In this document: in pieces, positions 39,001 to 54,000 of the stretch
Layout of the letters: each line of letters begins with the position of its first letter
How positions within the stretch are numbered: position 1 is the first letter of the stretch
From: Candidatus Omnitrophota bacterium
GTDB lineage: Bacteria; Omnitrophota; Gorgyraeia; Duberdicusellales; 4484-171
DNA length: 64,000 bases
Assembly (NCBI GenBank): GCA_024231025.1
Contig: JAAEQW010000139.1
Coordinates: forward strand, 7,851 to 71,850
Direction: 5' to 3'
Notes under the pieces: generated by a model
Databases searched by the model: none
What the model was told of the DNA's origin: nothing
Seen by the model: the letters and a program-made list of their open reading frames with translations, nothing else
Made by a program: the position numbers and the translations under genes

Positions 39001-42000
39001 TTCTCTGACTTGATTACCGAACGCATAAATAGAATCCAGTAATAAAATATCAGAAGATGTTAGATGCAATTGCGATAGAGCCTCTTTTACCCGATACCAA
39101 TCAATCGCATCAGGATGATTAATATCTGGATTGCCCTTACCTGTCAACGGCCATTCTTCCTTGGGTTTCAAATATCGATTAACTTGAAAATGCTTAAACC
39201 TTTCGAGCTCAGAAGCTTTTCTTGCCCATTTGCTCTTTCCCGAACACTTTTCTCCCGCAACCAAAACAATACAACCTTCCTGGCCATCCATTAAAGTTTC
39301 CCTTAAGCTATTTAATGAATGTAAAACCGCTCTAGAGTAAGCTAATTCCACAGCCTCATTCTCTTGATGGGTTCGGCCATTCAACTCATGTACAAACACC
39401 GCAGTAAGATTATATTTAGGATTATTGAAGGCTGGTTGTTCAATATATAGGGCATTATTGGGTTGGTCATAATAGGCAGCAAAAGTAATTTGTTTACTCG
39501 TAATAACTATTACTTTAGGCGGACCACGTTTTGGATCAACTCTATCTTCTCTTTCTAGAAAGCTTATTGCCTTTTCCCGTGCTGGATTAATTAACTTATT
39601 TTCTTCTGCGATTGGCGCGCGAAATTCAACACTTCCGGTACGGTATTTATCCAACTGCGTTTGGGTTTGAGCCAAAGTATAGCCATTGTATCCGCCGTCT
39701 TTTGAGGAAACAGGATCATTACCATCCTTAGACCTATACTTAATTGCACCGCTTAGCTTGGCATAAAATGCCTCGATAGTTTCTTGCACAACAGCGTCTA
39801 ATTGCCCCTCTCTATTCGCAACGACAATAAAATCTCTTTCTTTGTAGTGCGCTAAATCTTTTGCGTCTCTCCTTGCGTTTACCTCGATCGCCCGAACGAT
39901 ATTTTCCTCGCTAACCGATTCACCTAACTGCGTTAGAGCCCAAATGGCTCTATCTCGAGACTGCGCACGAATGAGAAAAGAAAACCTTGCCTCAGGATGC
40001 TTATTTCGTCCCACCACAATAACCGGAGAAGAAAGAGACATTTCCTTAATTTGATCCTTCATACGGCTTGCCAATTTAGTCGCAACGGCTCTGTTGCTCC
40101 TCCAAGCAACATTAGCTGCACTAGTGATTTCTGGCTGCTCAATATCTTCGGTTACGTCTACTCCGTCAACAAACACTCTTTCTTGCACCATAGTAAAAGT
40201 TGTATTATTAATTAGTCTCAGCATTCCTGATCTGTCTGTTAAGCTAACCCCTTCGTTGAAAGCCTTATGGGTTATCGCCCGATATATCTTACCACGGTCA
40301 AAAACCTGACCGCTAATGCGTGCAGCAAACGCCCAAGCAATAGCAGATTTACCAGTATTACTCTTTCCGCAAACCGAAACAATTATGCCACGACTGCTCT
40401 TAGCACTATGTAAAGGCATATTGAACTGCTCAGGAGTAATCTTCCCCTCTAAAGTGCTAATCAATCCACAAACAACTTGTGCATATCTGTATTTACTTTT
40501 TTTAATCACCCTATCAGCTGTTTTACGCATCAGAGACATTAACTTATCGCTTAAAGAAACAATTTCTTCTGGCTGCCAGTTCTCCACCATATAATCAACG
40601 TATGATTTATAAGGCTCAATAAATTCGACTGCACGCCGCTCAATTCTTGGCCAAGCACGCACGTTAAAAAGTACAGAATCGCCCATCTTCACACCTCGGG
40701 CAATCCGCCGTAGTAATCTAATCGCTAAAGGCGCCTGAAAATAAACCTTAACAACCTCACGCTCTAGTCCGCAAGCTATCTCACCTGTCTCCTTACCAAG
40801 GGCATGCAAAGAATCTAACAATAGTATGTCACTGGTTCCAAGTTGTAGCATTTTTCCTGAACGCCTTGTTGTTCTATTGTTTACCTTGTCATAATTTGCC
40901 ATTTCTACAAAACCATTCTTAGATAACGCCTCTAAGTCTTCCTTCAACCATTCCCAGTTAATCGCACGAGGATGATCAGCATCTGGGTTACCGCTACCAT
41001 CTATAGGGCGATCTTCCTGGCATTTAAAATATCGATCGACAGGAAAATGCACAAATTCATTACGTCCATCAAGACTCCTTGCCCAGGTAGTTTTCCCTGA
41101 ACAGCTGCTTCCGGCAACTAAAACAATGGCGCCCTTATGGTCAACAGCTAAAGAATTCGCCAAGCTCTGCTGTGAATGCATTACTGGGTTATGTGGCGGT
41201 CTGATTTCGTGCAACCGCCCAATGAATGACTCTCTATTTTTCAAAAAGAGCTCTCGGAACGAAACAAGGTCATAAGAACCAAACAACTTTAAAAATGCAG
41301 CTCTTAGCTCTTGGGGAGTATACCCATCCGTAGGATTAGTGTCGATTCCGGCTAATTGTGTAGTATGATCATATAGCCTTTGATCGAAAAACTCTATCAT
41401 TGCCGGGATTATATCTTCTAGCTGCCGACCCTTTGAAATCACTACATCCTTGCGCGCATGTCTTACAATTGTTGTTCGAATATCACCATCAACCACCAAG
41501 ATCTCTCCGTCATCTTCGCTAACACCAAAACTCGCTAATGATCCAGGGTAACGATTCGGGTACATATCCGATCCTAGCACAACAACCGAACCCTGCCTTG
41601 CCTGTCTATCAACAGAATCGTTATATCCTGCCTCAAAGCTACTACTTAAATCAATTATTTTAGCGTCAATAATTCTTGCTAACTCATCAGCGATCGCTAG
41701 CTTTGCATTTTGTGAAGAACCGTAAATAGACACTATGATTCCTGTATCTAAAATGTTTTCTACGGCAGCAACTCCCAATCTAGTCATTTGTTCAATCGGT
41801 AGTTTTCGCCGTAAGGCACTAACCAATCTCGAAGCTAACCCTAAAGACTGCCGATCTCTTTTGGGATCCATTTTAGAAATCGCATCCTCTAGCAAAAGTC
41901 TAGCCGGCTCAGACCATTTAGATAATTCATCCTCACTCCAATTCTTTATTAAATAATCTGCAATATCCTTGCCTGGTTCAATAAACTCTGCGGCGCGATG

Positions 42001-45000
42001 CTCAGCCACAAAGAACTGGCTTAAAACAATCTGCGGCTTCATTGAGCGCTCTTGCGCATTTCTAACTACTTTTCTAAAAAACTTAATTTCCGAAGGAAGA
42101 TCAAGATAAACCTTAACGACTCTGCGCTTTAACTTAGAAAGTAAATCAACTAGCCTCCGATCAAAGGCATGAATTGAATCAATAACCAAAATGTCATTGG
42201 AACCCAATCGCACTTTTTGTCCTGTGCGTCGCTTCTTAAAGCTTGCAAAATCTACCTCGCCAGTCTCAATCAACGCAGTTACATCCGTACAAAACCATTC
42301 CCAATTAAAAGCATCAGGGTGTTCATGGTCTAACAAACCATCCCACCTCTTAGGGTGTTTAAAATAACTATGAAAATATTTATCCCCAATGAAACGCTTT
42401 ATCGTTGGTACCGAAGCACACCATGTTTTTACACACCTACTCTTACCTGCCGCACTAGAACCAACCAACAATACAACCGTTCCTGCTGGTTGCCCTGCAA
42501 TAGCCTTCGTTAACTGACTAATACTAGAAAACCGATGATCATCTCCAAAGGTCTGCCTAGCCAGGCTTGCCTCAAAGCATGCCTTCTTGGCTGTAAGCAG
42601 TTTTGACTGCTTTTTGCTTAATTTACCATCTTTAACCTCAGCTTTAGGGAATTTCCAATGTTCCCTTGAAAAAGCTTCACATGGTGTAATATTAGATTGC
42701 TCAGAATATTTATTGCTTAACTCCTTTATTCTGCTAAACATCTCACTGTAAAGTTCTACCAATAACGCTGAATCCGACGATAAACTTGTTGCGCTCTTGC
42801 GGAAACTTGCAATTCCCTGCAACGCTGCTATCGTAACTGGGTACATTGCTTCAGACAATAGTCTATCCGTACCCTTGCTAAGCTCTTCCTGTGTTCTTTG
42901 CCACTGACCATTCCAAAAATCTATAATCACCGTTTCCTCATAAGGTCGAAACAATATTCGTAACTCTCTTATTCTTTGGGAAATCTCAATCTCTCCTTTT
43001 AATGCTGAATTAGCTAACTGCCCAATAAAAACCATATATCCACTGGCATCGACAAAAGAGGCAATGTTTGGCCGAAGATATTCATGCACAAACAAATCGG
43101 TAACAATACCATCAACCGAACCGCAATTGATCATTTCCGGAAAAGCATAACTACCCTTATCTTTTATATCAATCAGTAAGCGAGCAATTTCACCGATCAA
43201 CTCTTGGGAAGCTGGCACATTAACATATGATTTAATTTGCATAAGCAATAATCGCAGAAGTTGTAAGTACTCCCCATAATCAGGGTGATTACTGTTTGCT
43301 GCCAGGGCACGGTCTGCTAGACGGATCTTTTCACTATCAAAAGTAATCGTTTCAAGCTGATGTGGACCAACCTCTTGATAAGCAAGTATTGGCTCCATCT
43401 CCTGCCAATCTTCAGGGATTTGAGACCAAGAAGATCCGGCAATAAAAGCATCCGCCGGAAATCTACTGCCATCATAAAAAGGCACAAAAGCAAAAGGCAT
43501 TTGAGAATCAAAGGCTTGATGGACTATTTTAGCCGGAATAACAACTCCACCAGTCTTTACCCAATCTTCGATAAACATAACCCCGCTTCCTTTAATCTCC
43601 TGACCAGTCCTGGTATAAGATAAAAGTTTTCGTAATAAAGGTAAGGTTGAATATTCAACCGGATTGTGTGCAAAATAAGCATTAGCTTTTTGTTCTGCGA
43701 TATCGGCAATCCTCCTTGCTTCCTTAATAGCCCTAATAACATTTATTTCTCCGCCTTCAACATCATTGAGGGCATCCTCTATCTTTTTATTCGGTAAATC
43801 TAGTTCTGGATAATTCAAGCATAAATCGTAAACACGATTAAGCCAGGTAAGCACTTCTTCTCTAAGTGTTGCATCAGCTATACCATTTTGCATTCTTCGC
43901 TTAACGGTTTGAATACTACAACCCCCTGTATCTCTAGCAGGAGAGGCAATTAATTGAGTGATTTCAAAGAAACGTCGGTCAATTCTACCATGCTCAACTA
44001 ATAATCTGACCGCTTCTTCTACACTGATACCAACTAAATCAGATAACTCAATGTCTAGCTCCCCTAATTCTTGTAGGCTGACCGATGAAGTAATATCGCC
44101 TGCCATGTCTTCGGTAACCATAATTGCCCGATCTTCTTGAGTAAGAATTTCATTTAATGCCGGAGCAATCGATGTGAATCTACCCAACTTAACATGAGCA
44201 ATATCCTTCTCTTTCGGCAAATACATTCCTAATTTTTCCTCAATCGTTTGCTTCAACTCACTTTCACGTAAAAACTCCAAAGCTTTGATGATTTTACTAT
44301 TTCTGGAAACAACAACTAACTTGTGACTCCTGCGCATTCTCAATAAAGAAATAATATAAAGCGGCAACTCCTGAGGTGTAACATATAATCCCCAGGCGCC
44401 TTTTTTAATAGCCTTATCAAGGGAAAAATCAGGATTTTTCATCTTATCTCTTATAAGATAATCTATGTAGCGAACTATTCTTTCTTGATTAGGAAAGGTG
44501 GATAAAGCTGTCCGACGGAAAGCAACTACTTCTTCTTCGCCTAACTTAAAAACTACCTGCAATCGAGTAAACGCAGCCTTAAGGCGTCTGTCAAGATCTT
44601 CAAATACCCTAACAAGAGGAACCTGCACTCGATCTTTAGCGATGTCTCTACTGTCTTTGGCTTCGGTGTTAACCTCAATCAACTCACCCTTACTATTAAA
44701 TCTCAATGATCTCCCCTCAGGGTCAAGAAAAATACTTTTCTTAAGCAATACTGCTGTCTTTGCCATGCCTAAGCCTTTTACTGAGTAGGCACCCGCAGCA
44801 GTGAGTATTGTTCGATCGTGCCCATTTGGCTGATCGCCAGCAATGAAAATATTCTCTTCCTCAGCTTCAACACCGCGAATTGCAGTTAACTGTTCTTGGA
44901 AATTAATTAATCCTTTTCTTTTAGCAGAACAAGTTATGTCTAAACGCCTAGATCTCGTCATGCGATCTCCTCGATGAACAAGAAAGTCAATAGTTATTCC

Positions 45001-48000
45001 CGGAAAGCCTTGGCTTATCAAACGCTGCCGAATAACATCTCGTAAATATTTAACATAGCTACGATTGTGCTCGCGACTTTCTGGTTTTACTATCCAGCGG
45101 TATGGCTTCTTATGAACTATTTTAAGCTCTAATCTTTTTGTAATCTTCAATAAAGCATTTTTTTCAGAAGCAGAAAATTCACTTCGACCATACAGCTTTC
45201 GCCCGCTGGCAGTAACTCCTTCGTTAGAATTATCCGGATAGATAAACATATTGTCGGCAGCGGCAGAATATGCATCACTTCCCATTATATGCTTCATTGG
45301 TTCAAGAAGAACATGCTTAGCTCCTTCAATCGGCCTAGCTGTATTGAACGATAATAATATTCCATGGTTTGCCAACTCTACCAAAAATCCTAGAATTTCA
45401 TGTGAAGGATAAAGAGTGCCGTCAATATCGCAATGCAAGGCAATTTTAGGTTTTGATAAAGCATCATGGGTATAGTTTATCTTCATAAATTCTTCAGTGA
45501 ACACCTCTATATCTCTAGTAAACAACTCTCCGCAAAAGCGTAAACCGTAAATGTCTATCATTCGTCGAAGCATCGCTTTAAAATCTTCGTGGTCAACATG
45601 TTTAATGCTATGAAGGAAAAATTGAAAAGTGTAAGGTTGATATTTCCGCGCAATGCTCACACAGTCACTACCCAAAAGTTGAATGGTGCTGCCTATATTT
45701 AAAACCGTATCCATCCTAATGCCATCAAAAGAAGTCGAAATATGTCCATTACAAAATTTTACCGTTTTCCGCCAACACGATTGCTCTCTATTGCTAACCT
45801 TCTTGGTAGGATCCAAATTGGCAACATGACGCACGAAAGAAGTAAAGGCATTTCGACCATTATCAGCGACTGTGAGCACCTCCACATCATTGTTAACCGC
45901 TGCCACAACCTTTACCTCCTTGCTCTCGCTCTGGGCATAGTCTGAAACTGCATTTATTATCATTAGCTCTCTTAAAAAAGCTCCCAATTGTTTAGCTGGA
46001 CTCGAATGAAAAAGTTGTCCCTTCTTTTTATTGTAATCTATGCGATGGCCAAGATTATGAGCACCAAAAGGATTATGAGGAGTGAAAATCTGTGCAGCCA
46101 TAAGTCTCAGAAAATCACGAAGTTCTTTGTCTCCTTTCAACTGCGGCGGCTCCGTTCCCATCTTCTCATACCAACCTCTTACTTTATCCAAAGTAAGTGC
46201 GGAATTCCTCCAATCAACTGAAGGCACTATTCCAACTCGACTACGAATTGCACGCCGCCTTCCACCTAACAAAGATGGTATTTTCCACCAATTATCATTA
46301 GATCTAATTAGTTCTTGAGGATCAAGATGCATAGCCGAAGCTACCCTAGTTTTATGATCAGCAGCAAAACACTCTACCTGAGGTCCTTTGTTGTTGTCGC
46401 ATCTTCGAAACACTTTATCACCGATTACACCATATTCACCGAAAAACCTAACTAGGCTAGCCAAATAATACACGATTGAACCAGCCGCCCAACTATCAAT
46501 AAATCTTATCTTAGAATGTGAGAAAATACCCGACTCTTTCAACTCCTCATAAAACTCTACCGCCCTCTTTTGAAAACTAATTTGACTAGTCATTAAAACA
46601 ATAAAATCACGATAGATTGACTCTCTAAATGCATCCTTGTTTTTAGCACGATGATGTTTTCGAATTATCTTCCTTATGTCATGGTATATAAAATCCATCT
46701 TGGCCCTGCTCAAATAATAAATCATTGAATCATTAGGAAAAATATCTAATTGATCCATCAAATACGCGGCAGTAAAATCTCGTCCACAATCTCTTGCCAG
46801 AAATACATTTATTTGGTTAGGATCAACTATCTGCTCAACAACATAAGGCGCCACACCAAACATCCCGATCAATGCCCTAGCTAAATTATCATTAGGATCA
46901 GAAAGCATCTTCACGAAAGAGTTTGCCGTAAGATTTAAAAGAACACTATCTAATTTTCCTAAGGGTTGGGATAAATCAATTTCCTTTGCCAGAGAACCGG
47001 CCTCGCGAACTACCTCACTTATTAACGCTTGTCGATTGCGAAATGAAAAAGACGCTTGCGGATAATAAAATTTGTCTACTCTGGAATCGCTGATTGGACG
47101 AGCATAAAATTCACTTTGAATATCGCTTTTAACGCCATGAAACTCTCGTAATAAACCAGCCTCAAATATTGCTCTCTGAGCTTCAATAGCAGTTAAAGAT
47201 ATTGAATCAATATTTTTATCTATACCTGGGGCAAATTTCAAATGGGCCTTATTTCGTGTTCGACACGGTAAAATATTAAACATCTCGTCATAATTCTGAG
47301 CTAATACCCCTATTGCCCCCATCATCTCGCCATAAGCCACTTTTAATCTCTCCGATTCAGTTGAAGAATCCGCTGCTAAATTACGAAACTCAACGATTGC
47401 TTCAATAGTTTTAATTGTAAACTCGGACATATTAATCTCCGTTAACCTACTAGCTCCTAGATTAATCTCTTTCGTCGTTTTTTGCCACTCATCTCGCCAA
47501 AAATTCACAATCGCCAGTTCTTCTTCGGCTCGGAATGATCCTCTCAACTTAATTAATTCTTGAGAAATCTTAATCTTATCGGTTAACACCAAGTTAACCA
47601 ATTTCTCGATAAAAGCTGTATAGCTAATAACATCTTTAAAGAAAGACACATTGGGTCGTAGATACTCTTTGATAAAACGAGCACTAATAAATCCATCTTT
47701 AATTTTTGCCCCAATTATCATTTGCCCATCATCACAGCTGCCCTCTTCCTTAACATCAATTAAAAAACGAATAATCTCAACCAAAACATCTTGCGCAACC
47801 ATCACATCAACTAAAGAGTTAATCTGCAATAAAACACTATAAATAAGCTCTAAATACTTATAGTAATCAAAGTAATTATCTAGGGCAACAACGTTCTTTG
47901 CGAGATATTTTTCTTGATTTTCGATGGTAATTTCCTCTAACTGATCTTTTTCAACTTCACGATAGGCAATAATTGGTTCCCAATCCTGCCAATCTTCTGG

Positions 48001-51000
48001 CAATCGCACTTCAGGAGCCGCCCGAAGGAAAACATTAGCAGGAAATCTGCTGCCATCATAGAAAGTTGCGAAAACAAATGGTATTGATGAATTGAAAGCT
48101 TGAGCAACCAATTTAGCGAAAGTGAAAACTCTTCCTTTGACTACGGAATCCTCTAAAAACATAACCCCATCTCTTTTTATCTTCTGCCCGGTTTGAGTAT
48201 AACCTAATAACTTCTGCAGCAAAGGTAAAGCCGAATACTTAACGGGATTATAGGCAAAAAATCTATTACCTGCCCTAGCAAGAACCTTGGCAATGTGGTT
48301 GGCTGAATGCAGTAAATCTTTAATATCCGAATCTCGTGCTTTAACGCGCTCTAAAACGCTGTCGATATCCCGAACATCTAACTCTAATTCTTGATACTGC
48401 AAAGCTAAAGTCCTAACTTCGTCGCACCAAACTTCCAATGCCGTTCGAACGTTCTCTGCCGACTCATCGCTCTTAAACATTGCCATAATTCTATCAATTC
48501 CAGATTGATCGTTGCCTTTTGTTGACTGTCCGATCAATCGGAAAATTTTAACAAAACGTTGATCAATCTGACCACGATCAACCAATAGCCTAATCGCTTC
48601 TTCTACACTAGTACCAACCAAATCAGATAACTCAATGCCTAACTCTTCTAATTCTTGCAGGCTGACCGATGAAGTAATATCGCCTGCCATGTCTTCAGTA
48701 ACCATAATTGCCCGATCTCCTTGAGTAAGAATTCCATTCATCGCTATGGCAATTGATCTAAGGCGGTCAATCCTAATATGAGGAATATCGCTCGCTTGGG
48801 GTAATGTCACCCCGAGTTGCTCCTGAATCATTCTACCAGCATCGCTACAACGCAAAGCGCCCAAAGCTTCAATAATCTTACTATTGCGAGAAACAACAAC
48901 TATTTTATGGTTACGATACGACCTTAATGCAGCAAGCATATAGGCTACAACTTTCCCTGGCGCAATATATAATCTTTTTTTGCTATCCTTCACCGCTTGT
49001 GCAAAAGACCTGTCACTATCTTTCACTTGGCTATCAATCAAGTAATCAATATAACGAATTGCCCTCTCCTGATTAGGAAAAGTAGACAGAACTTTTTCAC
49101 GAAAGGCGGTTAACTCTTTTTTAGTTAATCCGAAGACTAGGCGTAATTTAGTGAAGCTGTCGTCAATGCGCTCTGGGGTTACTTTAAAAACTCTTAAAGA
49201 AGTACGCGCAAAATATTTAGTTTCAATACTCTGATTCTCATCGTGAGTTTGGCCATTTAACTCATGAACAAGCACCGCATTAAGATTATACCTGGAATCG
49301 GTGAAAACCGGCTGTTCAATATATAGGGTATTATTGGGTTGGTCATAATAGGCAGCAAAAGTAATTTGTTTACTCGTAATAACTATTACTTTAGGCGGAC
49401 CGCGCGTTGGATCAACTCTGCCTTCTCTTTCTAGAAAGCTTATTGCCTTTTCCCGTGCCGGATTAATTAACATATTTTCTTCTGCGGTTGGTGTGCGAAA
49501 TTCTACACTTCCGGTACGGTATTTATCCAACTGCGTTTGGGTTTGAGCCAAGGTATAGCCATTGTATCCTGCATCTACACCCTTTGGACCATCATCCGCC
49601 TCATCCGCTTTCTCGCACAATTGCTTAAGGAATGAGCTTCTATTTTTCAAGAAAAGATCTCTAAAGGAATCGATACCGTAAGAGTCAATCAATTTTAAAA
49701 AGGCAACTCTTAATTGCTTACCGCTGTATCCATGTGTTGGATCAACGCCAGCGCCACCCAATTGAATTATATGCTGATAAAGACGGCTATCAAAGCATTG
49801 TAAAACAGCATCAGTTATTTTTTCAAATTCATCTTTGTTATTTCTTGCAATTACAACATCTTCAGTCGCACAATTCACAGTTTCTAATTCAATATCGCCA
49901 TCAACCACCAAGATCTCTCCGTCATCTTCGCTAACAACAAAGCTCGCTAATGACCCCGGGTAACGATTCGGGTACATATCCGATCCTAGCACAACAACCG
50001 AACCCTGCCTTGCTTGCTTATCAACAGAATCATTGTATCCTGCCTCAAGGCTACTACTTAAATCAATTATTTTAGCGTCAATAATTCTTGCTAATTCATC
50101 AGCAATCGCTAACTTTGCATTTTGTGAAGAACCGTAAATAGACACTATGATTCCTGTATCTAAAATGTTTTCTATGGCAGCAACTCCCAAGTGACTCATG
50201 CTTTCAATCGATAATCTCTTGTCTAGGGCATACGCTAATCTCGATGCCACTCCCAAAGCTTGCCGTTTCTTTTGCTTGTGCATTCTGTTAATGATATTCT
50301 CCAGCAATGGTCTTGCTTTCTCGTTCAAAGAAAGTAATTCTGACCCACTACTCGTTTCCATCCAGTAATCTGCATCAACTTTAAGGGGCTTAATAAATTC
50401 TGAGCCATGATATTCAATCATTGGATATTCATCAACAGCAATCCAAGCTTCCATATTGCGCTGGTGAGGATTTCTAACTATTCTCCTCAATAGCTCAACC
50501 ACCACAGGAGCCTCAAAATAAATTTTAACAACGTTGCAGTGCAAATCAGAAGCTATTCGATCCATTCGTTTATCAAAAGAATGAAGCGAATCAACAACTA
50601 AAATATTACCTGGATTAAATTGCACTGTGTATCCACTGCAACGTTTCCCAAATTCTGCGGTATCTACTCTTCCATTTTGAATAAGCGAAGCAATATCTTC
50701 TCCAAGCCATCTCCAACTGAATGCATCAGGATGTGCATGATTAAGTAAGCCATCTGGTCTCCTGGCAGAAGGTAAAACATATCTATCTCCTGGAAAACGT
50801 ACTGCATTGAGCAAAGAATGATTTTGCCCTATCCATCTACTTTTACCCGCAGCATTGCAACCGCAAAGTAATACTATGGTACCAGCAGGTTGCCTTATGA
50901 CCACTTCGTTCAACTGCCCAACGGTAACTTTTCTCGGACCAAGATTAACTCTTGATTTAAGGGCTTTCTTGATCGGTGAAACTGCCAAATCATAAGGGAC

Positions 51001-54000
51001 CTTAACATTACGTTTGCGCTTTTTGCCTATTCCCGGTGTTAACTTGTTAAGCGTATATCTGTGGAAATCACTACCGCCAGAAACCATCAGCCCATGTCTC
51101 TGCGCGAAACCTGACCAGTATTCATTGCTTTCTGCATTATGCTCAGAATGAAATGCTTCAATACCATCTAATCCGGCAGGAATCAATTTATCAATAATTG
51201 TCTTCCCCCACATCATCTTACTTAAACGCAATATCTCACGTTCCTCCAAACCCTGTCTGTGCCTTCTCTGAGAAATAAATCCTTTTTCCACCGCCCATTT
51301 CCAAACAAAATGCTTATCCGCCGGATGAGCAAAGAAAGCAAGACCTCCATATTTCTTAATCATTCTTATAACATCTACCGCAGGCCTAAATCCTTGCTTT
51401 GACTCTATCTCCTCTCTAATCCTAACCAACTCTTCTTGGAACTTCTGGTTTTGCCAATCAATACCATAACCTAAGATATGCGTTTCCCCACCATTGAGTT
51501 CTGCATGAAGCTCAACACCAGGGATAATTTCAACACCACATTCTTCGCCAACAACAATTGCCTCTTCAATAGAATCAACACTATTATGGTCAGTAATTGC
51601 GATTGCTTCTAACCCTAAATATAAAGCTGCCCTCACAAGATCTGTTGCGCTAAATCTACCATCGCTTGCAGGAGTATGGAGATGAAGATCAACACATCCT
51701 TTTCTTGCATTTCTATCTTTAGGTATCCTTATTTTCATCTTTCGTAATACATCAAAGGAACCTAATTTTCGATATAAAGCTGCTGCTTCTTGCTTCTGCG
51801 CATACGCTCCTGGAGCAAATTCAACAACAAACAAACGCACAAGATCAAACTTAGGATCATCTAAGGTTTCTCGTTTAATATACATTCTATTTATAAACTG
51901 ATCGTAACAAACAGCAAAAACAACTGTTTCATTCTCAATAATTATTGCTTCTGCCGGTCTGACATCTTGAGAAATTAAATCTACACCCCTTAGAAACGTT
52001 AAGGCTAAATCTTGAGCCAAATCAATCAATCTGCCTTCTCCAGCAGTAGGCTCCCGTAATTTTATTCCATCCTTGAAAAATAGCGCACGCGAAAACTCGT
52101 CTGTATCTTTACACCCAACCTTCTCAATGTGGCCTAAAGAAACTGCGGAGTTAGAGAAGTCTGTTGCTGCCTTTTGCATAAAAGGAATCGGACCAAAGAC
52201 AAGTTGAAACTGCCTGCTATTGTTGGTAGTGCTACATCCCGCATGCAAACTTTCATAAGTAACAACCCCGTTAGTTTGACAGGTCAAATCAACAAAAGCA
52301 TAGGCATCTTTGCGCTCAAAATACTGCCCCTCACCTTGAGATGAAATAACTGAAGAGTGGTAATCCTCCATTGGTTTATTCATTGGAATAACATGCCACT
52401 CAGATGGCAGCTCAATGCCATCGCTATTTAAACTCACCAAAGATAATGCTTTCATTACTTTAACTTTTAATTCTTCAAATTTCTGATATCCAAAAACAAC
52501 TTCCTCTATCGCTCTATCGGCTGTGCTTTGATTATAAACATCGTACTCTTCTCTAGTAAAAGCAAACCGCCCCAACAACTCGTGCGCCCCAACACTTCTG
52601 CCATTAAAAACGTCAGCTGTTTCTTTCTCTCGTGGAAATACAAAAATTTTATCTTGATAGCCACAAACATTAAAAGGAATATTATCATCCTGCAAAACAT
52701 CTACTATTCTATAAAGAATAGCCGCTTTAAGGTTGGGGTTATCTCCACTTATAACAAAGCCGTTAAGACCAGAAAGGCAAAATAAATCAACCTGACTAAA
52801 ATCATTTTTTGTTTCTCGACCGCTATTAGCACCTAGCTTTAACCCAAAAATAATTGCATTATTTCTATTAACTTTATCGACAAGACTTGACAATAATGGC
52901 CTTCTAAGTTTAATTGACTCTACCTTTTTCTTTGGTTTACGACTTCTAGAGCCAATACCAAAAATATGAGATCCGACATGCCTTGTATTTTTGAACCTCA
53001 TTCTATGACGCGTTGCAATAGCAAAACCGATTTTCTTCTTCCACAACCTCTCCCATCCAGTTTGCACTTTAGCATCAAAATCATAACTAGCCCAATTATT
53101 CGCCCCATGTTTCAAAGACCCGATCAACCGGAAAAATCTTTCTGCTCTATCAATCTCATTTTTTTCAACCGCACTAATAGCAGACTGATACAGTACAGGA
53201 AAACTTGTCGCTTCTATTAAACTAGCTTCAAATGCTGCCTTCTCTGTATGGATTTGGCTAAGTTGCTCATCCGTTAAATTATGATTAGTGCCCGGTTCAA
53301 ATTTTAAATAATCGTTTCTAGGACATCGACCTTGCCAGCTACCAAATTGTTGACTATACGTTTCCACCAACTCGCCCATACGACCTCGCATCTTCTGATA
53401 AAGCATGCCTGGATTCTGCGATTGCTCAAAGGAAACTCTCGCTTGTTGACGAAAATCAGCAATCGCCTGTAGCGTCGCGGTTGTAGCCGGCAACATCTTC
53501 TCAGATGTTAATCGCGCCGCGCCTTTTTCAAACTCCTCAATTGATTTATGCCATTCTTTTCTCCAAAAACGAATAATTTGTATCTCCTCATAGGCACGGA
53601 AGGTATTTCTTAATTCAATTAACCGCTGTGGAACTTCTATCTTCCCTTTTATTACTAACTTAGCTAATTTCACAATACATTTCACATACTTAAGTGAGTA
53701 ACGGGGATAAATTATATTCGGGCGAAGATATTCGCTTATAAACCTATCAGTAACCAAACCCTCAGGAATCTCTCTATTAACCATTGTCGTATCATACTCA
53801 AAATGTCCCCTTTGCTTTATGTCGATTAAAAATCGGGTAATTTCGCCGACTAATTGCTCAGAAAGATAAGCGCTGACTCCTCCCTTCACCTGATCAAACA
53901 GATTCCCTAAAAGCTCAATATATTCCCTGTATTCATCATCTTCACTATCAACGGTAATTTGTTTTTCTAAGCGCTTCTCCTCGCTATCGAAAGTTAACTC

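Noticed and set aside
38795-51696. Gene symbols udk, cmk, yciV for embedded domains
   Set aside because: They are divergent internal domains of one ORF, not stand-alone orthologues, and substrate specificity cannot be read from the sequence.
464-52700. Six short minus-strand ORFs (464, 2040, 10359, 43317, 43557, 52506)
   Set aside because: They are out of frame with, and nested within, the giant ORF; all are under 70 aa with no protein-like signal.
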